Positions 25,801 to 39,828 of a stretch of 64,000 bases of DNA are shown here, piece by piece (positions within the stretch are counted from its first letter, which is position 1; each line of letters starts with the position of its first letter). A program made the translations under genes and the position numbers. The DNA comes from Chiloscyllium plagiosum (taxonomy: Eukaryota), in the NCBI RefSeq assembly GCF_004010195.1, contig NC_057757.1:9425636-9489635 (forward strand), in the 5' to 3' direction. The notes under the pieces are model-generated. The model had not been told where the DNA came from, did not search any database, and was given only the letters and a program-made list of their open reading frames with translations.

Positions 25801-28800
25801 TCTCCCCAGGGACCCTCCTGTAAATAGTGTCACACTCTCCCCAGGAACCCTCCTGTAAATACTGTCATACATTCCCCCAGGGACGCCTTGTAGGTACTGT
25901 CAGATGTTCGCCAGGGATTCTCTGTAAATACTGTTAAAATCTTCCCAGTGACCCCCTGTATATACTGTCACACTCTCCCCATGGACCCTCTGAAAATAGT
26001 TCACACTCCCCAGGGATCCCCTGTAAATAATTTCACACTCTCCCCGGGGACCCTTTGTAAATACTGTCACACTGTCCCCAGGGACCGTCTGTAAATACTG
26101 TTACACACTCCCCAGGAGCCCTCTGTGAACACTGCTACACTCTCCCTAGGGACCCTCTGTAAATACTGTCACACACTCCCCAGGGACCATCTGTAAATAC
26201 TGTCACACCCTCCCCAGGGACCCTCTGTGAACACTGCTACACTCTCCCTAGGGACCCTCTGTAAATACTGTCACACACTCCCCAGGGAACATCTGTAAAT
26301 ACTGTCACACCCTCCCCAGGGACCCTCTGTAAATACAGTCACACTCTCCCCAGGGACCCCCTGTAAATACTGTCACACTCTCCCTGGGGACCCTTTGTAA
26401 ATACTGTCACACTCTCCCCAGGGACTCGCTGTAAATAATGTCAAACACTCCCCAGGGACCCTCTGTAAATACTGTCACACTCTCCCCAGGGACCCTCTGT
26501 AAATACTGTCATACATTCCCCCAGGGACGCTTTGTAGGTACTGTCAGATGTTCGCCAGGGATTCTCTGTAAATACTGTTACAATCCTCCCAGAGACCCCC
26601 TGTATATACTGTCACACTCTCCCCATGGACCCTCTGAAAATACTGTTACACACTCCCCAGGGACCCCCTGTAAATAATGTCACACTCTCCCGGGGACCCT
26701 TTGTAAATACTGTCATACTGTCCACAGGGACCGTCTGTAAATACTGTTACACACTCCCCAGGGGCCCTCTGTAAATACGGTCACACTGTCCCCAGGGACC
26801 CTCTGCAAACACGGTCACACTCTCCCCAGGGACCCTCAGTAAATACTGTTGCTCTCTCCCCAGTGACCCCTTGTAGTACTGTCACACTCTGCCCAGTGAC
26901 CCTCTGTAAATACTGTCTCACTCTCCCCAGTTAGTCTCTGTAAATACTGGCACACTGTCCCCAGGGACCCTCGGGTAAATACTGTCACACTCTCCCCAGG
27001 GACCCTCCTGTAAATACTGTCATACATTCCACCAGGGACACTTTGTAAATACTGTCAGATGTTTACCAGGGATTCTCTGTAAATACTGTTACAATCTTCC
27101 CAGAGACCCCTGTAAATACAGTCACACACTCCCCATGGACCCTCTGTAAATACGTCTCACTCTCCCCAGGGACCCGCTGTATATACTGTCACACTCTCCC
27201 CATGGACCCTCTGTAAATACTGTTACACACTCCCCAGGGACCCCCTGTAAATACTGTCACGTTCCTTCTGGGGCCCCTTGTAAATACTGACACATTCCCC
27301 CTGGGGACCCCATGTAAATATTGACACATTCCCACTGGGGTCCCCTTGTAAATACTTACACATTGCCACTGGGTCACCCTGTAAATACTTACACAGTCCC
27401 ACTGGGGTGCCCTTGTAAATACTGACACATTCCCACTGGGGTCCCCTTGTAAATACTGACACATTCCCTCCGGGGACACCCGGGAAATACTGACACATTC
27501 CCACTGGGGACTTCCCGTAAATACTGACACATTCCCACTGGGGACACACTGTAAATACTGACATATTCCCACTGGGGACCCATTGTAAATACTGACACAT
27601 TCCCAATGGGGACCCCTGTAAATACTGACATATTCCCACTGGGGACCCATTGTAAATACTGACACATTCCCAATGGGGACCCCTGTAAATACTGACACAT
27701 TCCCCTGGGGAACCCCTGTAAATACTGACACATTCCCACTGGGGACCCATTGTAAATACTGACACATTCCCACTCAGGACCCCAGTAAATACTGACACAT
27801 TCCCACTGGGGAACCCCTGTAAATACTGACGCATTCCCACTGGGGAACCCCTGTAAATACTGGTACATTCCCACTCGGGACCCCAGTAAATACTGACACA
27901 TTCCCACTGGGGATCCCAGTAAATACTGACACATTCCCACTGGGCACCCACTGTAAATACTGACACATTCCCACTGGGGATCCCAGTAAATACTGACACA
28001 TTCGCACTGGGCATCCCCTGTAAATACTGAAATATTTCCACTAGGGACCCCCTGTAAATACTAACACATTCCCACTGGGGACCACCCGTAAATACTGACA
28101 CTATCCCACTGGGGTTTCCCAGTAAATACTGACACATTCCCCCTGGGATCCACAGTAAATACTGACACATTCCCGCTGGGAACCCCCTGTAAATACTGTA
28201 CCACGCTCCCCAGGCACCCTCTGTAAATAGTTTCGGACTCTTCTCAGTGACCCTCTGTAAATACTGTCACACTCACCACAGCGACTTTCTGTAAATACTG
28301 TCACACTCTCCCCAGGGACCCTCTGTAAATACTGTCACAATCTCCCCAGGGACTCTCTGTAAATACTGTCACACTCTCCACAGGGACTTTCTGTAAATAC
28401 TGTTACACTCTCCCCAGTGACCCTCTGTAAATACTGTCACACTCTCCCCAGGGACTCTCTGTAAATACTGTCACACTCTCCCTATGGAACCTCTTTAAAT
28501 ACTGTCACAGTGTCCACAGGGACCCTCTTTAAATACTTTCACACTCTCCACAGGGGCCCTCTGTAAATAATGGCACACTCAACCCAGGGACCCTTTGTAA
28601 ACACTGTCACACTGTCCCCAGGCACACTCTGTAAATACTGGAACACAGTCCCAAGGGACCCTCTGTAAACACTGCTACACTCTCCCTAGTGACCCTTTGT
28701 AAATACTGTCACACTCTCCCCAAGGACCCTCTGTAAATACTGTCACATTCCCACTGGAGACACCACTATAACAATGGACACATTCTCACTGGGAACCCCC

Positions 28801-31436
28801 CCCCCCGGGGCCTCCCTGTAAATACTGACACATTCCCACTGGGGACCCCCTGTAAATACTGACACATTCCCACAGAGGCCTCCCTGTAAATACTGACACA
28901 TTCCCACTGGGGCCTCCCTGTAAATACTGACACATTCCCACTGGGGACCCCCTGTAAATACTGACACATTCCCACAGGGCCTTCCTGTAAATTCTGACAC
29001 ATTCCCACTGGGGTCACTGGGGACACCCTGTAAATACTGACACATTCACACTGGGAACCCCCTGTAAATACTGACACATTCCCACTGGGGCCTCCCTGTA
29101 AATACTGATACATTCCCTTTGGGCACCCGCTGTAAATACTGGCACATTCCCACTGGGGACCCACTGAATATACTGACATATTCCCTCTGGGGACCCCCTG
29201 TAAATACTGATACATTCCCTCTGGGAACCCTCTATAAATACTAACAAATTCCCAATGGGCACCCTTTTAAATACTGAAATATTCCCACTGGGTACTCCCT
29301 GTAAATACTGTCACATTTTCACTGGGGACACCCTGTAAATACTGACACATTCACACTGGGAACTCCCTGTAAATACTGACACATTCCCACTGGGGTTTCC
29401 CTGTCAATAATGACATAATCCGACTAGGGAACACCCTGTAACTACTGACACACTCCCACTGGAGACCACCTGTAAATACTGACACAATCCCACTGGGTCC
29501 CCCTGTAAATACTGACACATTCCCACTGGATCCTCCTGTAAATACTGACACATTCCCACTGGATCCTCCTGTAAATACTGACACATTCCTTCTGGGGACA
29601 CTCTGTAAATACTGACACATTCCCACTGGATCCTCCTGTAAATACTGACACATTCCTTCTGTGGACCCCCTGTAAATACTGACACATTCCCACTGGGGAC
29701 CCCCTGTAAACACTGACACATTCTAACTGGGGCCTCCCTGAAAATAATGACATATTCCCACTGGGGACTCCCTGTAAATACTGACACATTCCCACTGGGG
29801 ACCGACTGCAAATATGGACAGATTTGCACTGGGGACCCCCTGTAAATACTGACACATTCGCACAGGGCATCCCCTGTAAATACTGAAATATTCCCACTGG
29901 AGACCACCTGTAAATACTGACACATTCCCACTGGGGTTCACCAGTAAATACTGACACATTCCCACTGGAGACCACCTGTAAATACTGGCACATTCCGACT
30001 GGGGACCCCCTGTAAATACTGACACATTCCCCCTGCGGAACCCAGAAAATATTGGCACATTCCCACAGGGGACCCCCTGTAAAAACTGTTCCACTCTCGC
30101 CAGGGACCCTCTGTAATAGTTTCAGACTCTTTCCAGCAATCCTCTGTAAATACTGTCACACTCTCCCCAGTGATCCTCTGTAAATACTGTCACACTCTCC
30201 CCAGTGACCTTCTGTAAATACTGTCACACTCTCCCCAGGGACCCTCTGTAAATACTGTTACACTCACATTCCCACCGGAGACCACCTGTAAATACTGACA
30301 CATTCCCACTGGGGTTTCCCAGTAAATACTTGCACATTCCCACCGGAGACCACCTGTAAATACTGACACATTCCCACTGGGGTTTCCCAGTAAATACTTG
30401 CACATTCCCACCGGAGACCACCTGTAAATACTGACACATTCCCACTGGGGACACGCTGTAAATACTGACACGTTCCCTCTGGGGCCCCCCAGTAAATACT
30501 GACACATTCCCAATGGGGGCCCCCTAGTAAATACTGACACATTCCAAATGGGTGCCCCCTGTAAATGCTGACACATTCCCACTGGGGTCCCCTTGTAAAT
30601 ACTAAGACATTCCCTCTTGGGACACCCTGGAAATACTGAAACATTCCCCTGGGGACCCCATGTAAATACTGACACAGTCCCACTGGTGTCCCCTTGTAAA
30701 TACTGACACATTCCCACTGGGGTCCCCATGTTAATACTGACACATTTCCCACTGGTGTCCCCTTGTAAATACTGACACATTCCCACTGGGGACTCCCTGT
30801 AAATACTGACACATTCCCACTGGGGACTCCCTGTAAATACTGACACATTCCCACTGGGGACTCCCTGTAAATACTGACACATTCCCACTGGGGACTCCCT
30901 GTAAATACTGACACATTCCCACTGGGGTCTCACTGTAAATACTGACACATTCCCACTGGGGACCCCCTGTGAATACTGACACATTCCCACTGGGACTCCC
31001 TATAAATACTGGTACATTCCCACTGGGGACCCCAGTAAATACTGACACATTCACACTGGCATCCCCTGTAAATACTGAAATATTCCCACTAGGGACCCCC
31101 TGTAAATACTAACACATTCCCACTCGGGACCACCCGCAAATACTGACACATTCCCACTGGGGTTTCCCAGTAAATACTTGCACATTCCCACCGGAGACCA
31201 CCTGTAAATACTGACACATTCCCACTGGGGACCCCCTGTAAATACTGATACATTCCCCCTGTGATCCACAGTAAATACTGGCACATTCCCGCTGGGAACC
31301 TCCTGTAAATACTCTACCACTCTCCCCAGGCACCCTCTGTAAATAGTTTCTGACTCTTTTCAGTGACCCTCTGTAAATACTGTCACACTCTCCACAGGGG
31401 CCCTCTGTAAATACTTTCACGGTCTCCCCAGGGACC
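19900..31436. repeat. About 11.5-kb tandem satellite, 34-bp unit, two subtypes
   Basis: Type A is TGTAAATACTGTCACACTCTCCCCAGGGACCCTC and type B is TGTAAATACTGACACATTCCCACTGGGGAC(T/C)CCC. The 34-bp period is exact at 30781-30920. The left edge is degenerate. Confidence 0.97.
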
Positions 31437-31848
31437 ATCGAGGAATATGGATTCAGCAGCCTAGGGCTGGGCACAGTACATGGCAATCATGAGGACATTT
31501 CCTTGCCCATCTGATGCCATGAGACTATGTGGAATCTGGAATCAATGGTGAGCAGTCACAGGAAAGCTCCCTTCTGACAGTATACCACTATGCTGCCAGT
31601 GAGACAGACATGCCCAGAGCTGGTGATAGTTGCATCTAGAACATTGTGAGGTATGATTCTGAGTGTATGAATCAATTAGGCTGTTGCTTGACTGACTGAG
31701 TTACTTTCCCAATTTTGGCAACAACTTCCAGATAAAGAAGACTTTGCAGGGTTAATGGGGCTAAGTTTATAGTTTGGTTTCTGATTTCCAGTATCCAGAG
31801 TTCTTTATTTTGTTGCTGAGTTTGTTGTTTCTCTTCTCTCCTTAAAGT

Positions 31849-32172
31849 GGGCGGCACGGTGGCACAGTGGTTAGCACTGCTGCCTCACAGTGCTAGAGAC
31901 CCGGGTTCAATTCCCGCCTCAGGCGACTGACTATGTGGAGTTTGTACATTCTCCCCGTGTCTGCGTGGGTTTCCTCCGGGTGCTCCGGTTTCCTCCCACA
32001 GTCCAAAGATGTGCAGGTCAGGTGAATTGGCCATGCTAAATTGCCCGTAGTGTTAGGTAAGGGGTAAATGTAGGGGTATGGGTGGGTTGCGCTTCGGCGG
32101 GGCTGTGTGGACTTGTTGGGCCGAAGGGCCTGTTTCCACACTGTAAGTAATCTAATCTAATATAATCTAATC
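31849..32172 (+). mobile_element. Full-length young HE1-type SINE
   Basis: Near-identical to 15673-15990. Confidence 0.92.
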
Positions 32173-32239
32173 AAACAAAAATAATTTGGAGAACTCCAAT
32201 CAGAATGTTATGAATGAATTTTCCCAGATGTCCCCAATA

Positions 32240-32865
32240 GAGCATAAAACATTACAGTGCAGTACAGGCCCTTCAGCCCTTGACGTTGCGCTGTGGAGCC
32301 AATCTGAAGCCCATCTAACCTATACTATTTCATTTTCATCCATATATTTATCCAATGCCTATTTAAATGCCCTTAAAGTTGGCGAGTCTACTACTGTTGC
32401 AGGCAGTGCGTTCCACAGCCCTACTACTCTGAGTAAAGAAACTACCTCTGACATCTGTCCTATATCTATCACCCCTCAATTTAAAGCTATGTCCCCTTGT
32501 GCTAGCCATCACCATCTGAGCAAAAGGGCTCTCACAGTCCACTCTATCTAACCCTCTGATTATCTTATATGTCTCAATTAAGTCACCTCTCAACCTTCTT
32601 CTCTCTAAAAAAGGCAGCCTCGAGTCCCTCAGCCTTTCCTCATAAGACCTTCCCTCCATACCAGGCAACATCCTAGTAAATCTCTTCTGAACCCTTTCCA
32701 AAGCTTCCACATCCTTCCTATAATGCAGTGACCAGAACTGTACGCAATACTCCAAGTGCGGCCGCACCAGGGTTTTGTACAGCTGCAGCATGACCTCCTG
32801 GCTGAAACTCAATCCCTCTACCAATAAAAGCTAGCACACCTTATGCTGCCTTAACAACTCTATCT
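32240..32865 (-). mobile_element. CR1 LINE 3' fragment
   Basis: [41 protein letters not shown]...RGHSFKLRG. Confidence 0.9.
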
Positions 32866-34429
32866 GAACCATACTGAAGCAATACAAACACAAGCCGCTA
32901 CCAATGTAAAATAGTCCCAACTTTATTAGGAACAAAGTTACAACAATCTTTAATACTAAACATACTATCTCTAATCCTATTTAGCCCCTTAATGTTACAG
33001 TATTTCATCAGTCTCTTGTAAATCTATGTAGTTACTCTCTCTCTGCCTCTGTGAAGCCTCCTTCCTCTCTCTCTGGATGGAGAGCTAGCCTCCTTGGAAG
33101 ATCTCAGATGATTCCAACAGCACAGTTTTGCAGGTGAACTCTGTTTTTAATACCTGAGATGGTTTTCCAGAACTTTCTATAGTTCTGACCAATCAGGGAG
33201 ATCATTTTATAGTTTGAAACAGTTAATCATTTGGATGGCTTGCTGCGGTTAGTTCCTTTGTGTAGCAGGATCCAATGTCTTTGTTTTGGCCCTCCTTTGT
33301 TTAGTGGATAAGTTGTGGGGGTACGTCCACCCAGGATAACTGCTGCCGTTTACATTATGCTGATGTCATCACCCAGTTGCTGTGTTTGCACTTTGCCTGG
33401 GGTGTGTGTTACTACAACTGACTGGCTTACTCAGTCCAAGTGACCCTAGACAAAGAACTATCCCCTATTTACCCCCTGATTTTCAGGTAAAGATCCTCGG
33501 AATGCTACAAATCACAAAAATGTAGGACAAAGGATTTTTATCTCACACCCTGAGCACTGAACTACAGGATCTCAATCAATCTGCAAAAAGCCAAAGACCT
33601 GATGAAGGAGCGTCGCTCCGAAAGCTAGTGTGCTTTCAACTAAACCTGTTGGACTATAACCTGGTGTTGTGTGATTTTTAAGTTTGTACAACCCAGTCCA
33701 ACACTGGCATCTCCAAATCATTTTTTGAAATCAATTGTGTTACTAACTCTTCTCACTTTAGTAATTAATAAACTCACTTCATTCACAGAAGCCTAGTTAA
33801 TTCGGCACCTTGTTTAAAAAAAAAGCATATCTGTACCCATGAGGGAAGGTGTTCTGTTTAAATTATCCATCTTGTGTTCAACTGAGGGAATAGCTGAATA
33901 GATAAGGGAAGTCAATTCATCCTGCTTCACTTCAGGCTTTAATGTACTGGGAAACAGCCTGTCTCAGAATGACAGTGGAACAGCAATGGCAGGAGTTTGT
34001 GGGAGGGTAGGGGGTGGGGGGAGATAGGTTTGGGGGGAGGGATGGNNNNNNNNNNNNNNNNNNNNNNNNNNNNNNNNNNNNNNNNNNNNNNNNNNNNNNN
34101 NNNNNNNNNNNNNNNNNNNNNNNNNNNNNNTGGCATTGGCGGTGGCAGGAGTGGAGGGCGGTATTGGACGGGGTTGGGGGTGAGCATGGGGTCAATGATT
34201 GATGGGATTGGGGGCAGGTGGGGACGGGAGTGGGGGCGATGTTGGACAGGTTTGTGGGGTGGATGGGTGGGTGGGAGCTCGCGTGCAGTGTCCTGCTGCC
34301 TTGACTCCTGAGCGGTGAGTGGACAACAGGAAACTCTGAGCTCCAGAGGAAAGGGATTGAATCAATTAACCGAATAATCAATTATACGAATGAAATGTCC
34401 TTCGGGTAATCGAGGTTCCTCTGTATTTG

Positions 34430-36030
34430 GAAGTATATGGTAAAATAGGACAAAGTCAGCATGGTTTCATCAAGGGGAGGTCGTGGCTGACAAATCCGTT
34501 AGAATTCTTCGACGAAGCAATGAGCAGGTTAAACCAAGAAGAGCTCAGGGATGTTATCTACCTGGACTTCAAGAAGCCTTTGACAAGGTGCCGCACATGA
34601 GGCTGCTGGGTCCATGGCGCTAGCATGGAGAGAAGATTGGTTGTCTGACAGAAAGCAGAAAGTGGGGATAAAAAGGTCTTTCTCAGGATGGCAGCTGGTA
34701 TCAAGTGGTGTTCTGCAAGGCTCAGTGTTGGGACCATAACTCTTCACTTTATACATTAATGATCTAGATGAAGGAACTGAGGACATTCTGGCTATGGTTG
34801 CAGACATTACAAAGATAGGTGGAGGGACAGGTATCATTGAGGAGGCAGGAAAGCTGCAGAAGTATTTAGACAGGTTAGGAGAATGGGCAAAGAATTTGGT
34901 AACGTCATGGATTATTTTGTAAATGGTGAGAATATTCAGAAGTCTGAATTGCATAGGGACTTGGGAGTTTTAGTCCAGGATTCTCTCAAAGTAAGTTTGC
35001 AGGTTGAGTCAGTAGTTAGGAAGGGAAATGCAATGTTGGATTTATTTTGAGAGGACTTTTATATACAAGCATAATATACCTGAGGCTTAAAAGACTCTGG
35101 TTAGACCACATTTGGAGAATTGTGCACAGTTTTGGGCCCCATATCTCTGGAAGGATGTACTGACCCTGGCATGTGTTCAGAGGAGGTTCACAAGAATGGT
35201 CCCTGGAATGAAAAGCTAAACAATTGAGGAATGTTTGAGGACTCTGGGTCTATACACAGTGGAGTTTAGAAGAATGAGGGGGGATCTAATTGAAACATAA
35301 AGAATACTGAGTGGCCTGGACAGAGTGGATGTTGGGAAGATGTTTCCATTGGTAGGAGAGTCTAGGACCCAAAGGCACAGCCTTAGACTAAAGGGAAGAC
35401 CTTTTAGAATGGAGATAAGGAGAAATGTTGCAGTTGTAAAGGACTCTGGTGCGGCCGCATCTGGAGTATTGTGTGCAGTTTTGGTCGCCATACTATAGGA
35501 AGGATGTGGAGGCACTGGAACGGATGCAGAGGAGGTTTACCAGGATGTTGCCTGGTATGGTAGAAAGATCGTATGAGGAAAGGCTGAGGCACTTGGGGTT
35601 GTTTTCATTGGAGAAAAGAAGATTTAGGGGTGACTTGATAGAGGTGTACAAGATGATTACGGGTTTAGATAGGGTCGAGGGCATTTAAGCAGGCATTGGA
35701 TAGGCATATGGAGGATAGTGGGCTAGTGTAGGTTCGGTGGGCATAGATCGGCGCAACATCGAGGGCCGAAGGGTCTGTACTGCGCTGTATTCTTCTATGT
35801 TCTATGTTCTATGTCTTCAGCCAGAGAGTGGTGAATCTATGAAATTCATTGCAACAGAAAGCTGTGGAGGCCAGGTCATTGAATAGATCTAAGATGGAGA
35901 CAGATAGGTTCTTGAATATGAAGAGGATCAAGAATTACAGGCAGAAAGTGGGAGAATGGGGTTGAGAAATTTATCAGCCATGATTGAGTGGTGGAGCAGA
36001 CTTGATGGGTTGAATGGTCTAACTTCTTGG
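34430..36030 (+). mobile_element. Older CR1 RT fragment with a younger CR1 3' fragment nested at about 35425-35815
   Basis: Outer element has QHGFIKGRS, DFKK.FDKVPH and (F)ADITKIGG motifs. The inner element has [18 protein letters not shown] and a (ttctatg)n tail, and it interrupts ggagaaat|cttcagccagagag. Confidence 0.8.
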
Positions 36031-36833
36031 ACTTATAGTGGGAACCTTACTGGGGTTCTGGTCATAATAGGTCACAACATTGAGAATGCCTGCTATATTT
36101 ACTATGGTAAGCACTACAACCCTTTTCACAAAAATTGGGTGGACAATAAGCAGATATTTTGCTTACAAAGAGCAAGGTCTGTGAAGTAAGTAAATCATAC
36201 CGTGAGCCCAATTAAATGTTAAATTAGTTTGTGGTGTCTCTCTTATAGCACTGTTAGGATTATTTGCTTCATGTTGTCAATATCTGCTATTTGATTCTGC
36301 TTTTGATGTTCAGAGATACACAAGCAAAGGCTGCCTGTGTTGAAAAGTAACGCCCTGATGCCTGCTACAGTCAAAGGGATCACCTGTTTGCTATCATCTA
36401 TCACTCTGGCAGCAGGTGATGTGGGCTAGAGCCTTGACCTCATTGGCACAACCTCACCCCATTAGTCTGGTAGGCAGCAGTATAGATAACAGCTGTTGTC
36501 ATTTACTTAAGGTAAAGGCTCATCCTACAGAACTGCAGCTAGATCAGAGACACATTCAGCATGAAAACCATCGTCATTATGTACAATGACAGGGAACGTT
36601 TAGCATGCTGGTATAACCAAACGGCAGATCAAATGAGGACACCAACTTAATGGCCTATATCCAGAACATCCTTTGATTCAGGATGTCGTTAGGGGAATGA
36701 CCTGGCTCAGAAACTCTGCATACTGTTAAGACTGGCATTCCATGAGTTGCTATCTTCCATGATGGAAGTTCATATGATTAAAGGTCAGCCACAGGTGGAG
36801 AAGCTATTTGAAAAGGCAGGCTTTTAAGGGTGC

Positions 36834-36999
36834 TCCATGTAAGGAGGGACATGCAGGGTGAACAGGAAGGGATTCCATGTAATGGAGAGACATGCAGGGT
36901 GAACAGGAAGGGATTCCATGTAATGGAGGGACATGCAGGGTGAACAGGAAGGGCCATGTAATGGAGGGACATGCAGGGTGAACAGGAAGGGATTCCATG
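36834..36999. repeat. About 41-bp tandem repeat, 4 copies
   Basis: Unit tccatgtaatggagggacatgcagggtgaacaggaagggat. Confidence 0.9.
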
Positions 37000-39526
37000 A
37001 AGGATAGCAAAGATTAAAAACTTCTGGCAGAGAGTGTTTACAGTTACATTCAGGGATGGTGCATGTATGGAATAAGCTGCCATAGACTGGTACAGTTGCA
37101 TTTAAAAGGCATCTGGATGGATACATGAATAGAAACGGTTGAGGGGAATAAGCGCCTAGATTTATCTAGGATATCTAGCTGGCATGGACTAATTGGACCA
37201 AAGGGTCTGTTTCTGTGCTGTATCCTTGACAGATAGAAGCACTGCATAAATCCCTAGGTTTTTCAAATTTAAACATTTAAATTGCAACAAAAAGTAGGAT
37301 GAACTGATCACAAAATGAAGTGGGAAATGGTAACCATATTGGGACTCCATACAGGTACGTAACACTAAGGGTAAAGTTGGAAGCTTGACATGAGTAGTTG
37401 CTTTGGCAGTTCAAAACCAGGATGGATATATAATTATGTAATAAAGACATAATTAGAGGGTCTATGTGCACCACACCCATAGTAACCTTGCAGTCAGGTG
37501 GAGCATAAAGGAAGACTGAGCACTTCACAACAGACTGAATGATAATCACTGGTGACCTTATTCTATACCAAGCCTAGAAAGCAGCATGAGTAATGATGGC
37601 CTAACTGGAGTCCTTAGAATAGCTTTGGATTAACTTCCTAGACTAAGGATGCTCTGAAAAGTAGAGAGCAGGCTGTGTAGTAGACCTGGCAAGCAGCCAT
37701 AAGGCAAGGTCAATCATATGAATTCAGCCTCTCCTCAGTAGGCAGTTATAGAATTACTGAGGGGTGGGAGTGGTCAAAGATTAGCATCAAGCTCAAGGGC
37801 AATTGAGGGCATAGAAGCCAAGTTAGCAAATTAAGGGGTAGGTCAATAAAATGCTGTGGCAGACATTATCTCAGTGATCCATCCATTCCAGAATGGAAAA
37901 TTACCAAATATTGGATCCCTGGTTTGGAAAGGGAAGATGGAGAAGGAGGGTTGTGCAAAGGTAAACAGCAATCAAGTTTGGGAAAGTTGAGATTAAACGG
38001 TACCAGAAAAATGATAACACCAATAGCCACACGTTTCATAAGTCTTCCCTTAGAAAGTGTTGTACCTCATCATGAATGATCCAAATATTGGGTGATATGG
38101 GTATTTTGTAGTTCTCACTGAGAATACAATGTAACATCCCAGAATTGGTTCTAAACTAGGAAGTGGTAGTGAAGAGAAGCAAATTAATACTAAATAAACA
38201 GTTGGGGCTACAGGCTGAGAAGGATCAAGGTCCCGAGAGCATTCATCCTTTGGAAAGATACTGGATACATTTGGGAGAGGGACTGAAAGAGAAATGCAAT
38301 CAATTAAAGAAACTACAGGCTGGAGGAGTGACTAAGACATATCTAGGTACTCTATGTAGTGAAGTACATTAGTGTAGTTGGGAGATTTGAGATCAAACTG
38401 TGAAATGGAGGAATGCTATTGAATGAGGAAAGGCTGGACATGCATCTGAAGAGCAAGTTGTCTCAATCAAGTTGAGAGGGTGGGCTGTGTCTAGTTAGAT
38501 GTCAGCACATTTCCTCTTGGGTGGGTGGGAGGAAGGATTTCATATTAAGGATTAGTCATTTAAACTAAAAAATTCAAATAAAAACCTTGGAACGTTCTCT
38601 GAAGAGGTAGAAGTAGAGTCCTTCAATGTTGAAGGCAGATGTGGATAGATTCAAAGTAAGCAATGGGTGAAAGGTTCAGGGTAGACAGGAAGGGTATTCA
38701 AGGTTTATTAATAATCAGTTTTGTATTCAGTGTTAAAGCAGGCCTGACTGCACTAGATTAGATTCTCTACAGTGTGGAAACAGGCCCTTCGGCCCAACTA
38801 ATCCACACCGACCCTCCGAAGAGTAACCCACCCAGACCCATTCCCCCTGACTAATGCACTAACTCTATGGGCAATTTAGCTTTACTAATTCACCGAACCT
38901 AATTTCACTACTCATTGTGCAAACCAATGTAAAACATGAAATTGGGTGCAATTGCTTTGCAAAATTCTGATAGTTCAAATAACTGATTGAAACTGACTGA
39001 TGTTTGGTGGATTATGGATTAGAATGTTGCTATACCTAACAGCATAGATTCAGATTTCACCCATCTCTCATTACCAACAGGATTTGCTGATCTTGCTTTG
39101 ACAGTTCCTCAAGGACTCATCACACATTTCCCCATCTGATATATGTCTGTTCAGAGCTTACAATTCACCACATGGAATAACAGCAGCAGTTCTTGGTCTC
39201 TTCATGTACACTGCAACCATCACTACCAGCAGGGATAGAGACACCATCTGGAGGCCAATGACTGTTCCATGCAGAACCCAAGGGGTCCCAGCAACATCTT
39301 TGGGGGGAGAGAGAGATCAGAGGATGGTTTCTTTAGCTGGAGATCACAGGTGACCTATTACAGAGGCTTCACTCACCATTTGCTTCAAGTTGTTTCTTTG
39401 CAGTGTAACTGCTCCCTCCCAGGAGGATTGGGCCAGGTGCACTCACCACTGTCCCCTCATGGGGATGGGTACTCCTGCGCTGCCCTGTTGGAGACAAAGA
39501 TTAGATAGTTTGACCCAATCCAGGAG

Positions 39527-39828
39527 TTAGATTAGATTACTTACAATGTGGAAACAGGCCCTTCGGCTCAACAAGTCCACACCGACCATCCGAAGAGCAA
39601 CCCAACCGGACGCATTCCCCTAACACTTTGGGCAATTTAGCGTGACCAATTCACCTAACCTGCACATTTTTGGACTGTGGGAGGAAACCGGAGCACCAGG
39701 AGGAAACCCACACAGCCACGGGGAGATTGTGCAAACTCCACACAGTCAGTTGCCTGAGGCAGGAATTGAACCCGGGTCTCTGGCACTGTGAGGCAGCAGT
39801 GCTAACCACTGTGCCAACGTGCCGCCCA
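39527..39828 (-). mobile_element. HE1-type SINE
   Basis: Reverse complement of the HE1 head, V-domain and tail. Confidence 0.88.

Noticed and set aside
19900..31436. CRISPR-like array (about 34-bp repeats)
   Set aside because: Monomers are head-to-tail with no unique spacers, there are no cas genes, and the context is vertebrate.
19858..31486. Many ORFs with MCQYLQG/GNVSVFTG/QWECVSIYR repeats
   Set aside because: These are translations of the 34-bp satellite cycling through three frames, with no splice or domain evidence.
32905..33510. Possible ERV-type solo LTR (TG...CA, reverse AATAAA)
   Set aside because: No convincing target-site duplication and no second copy in the window.
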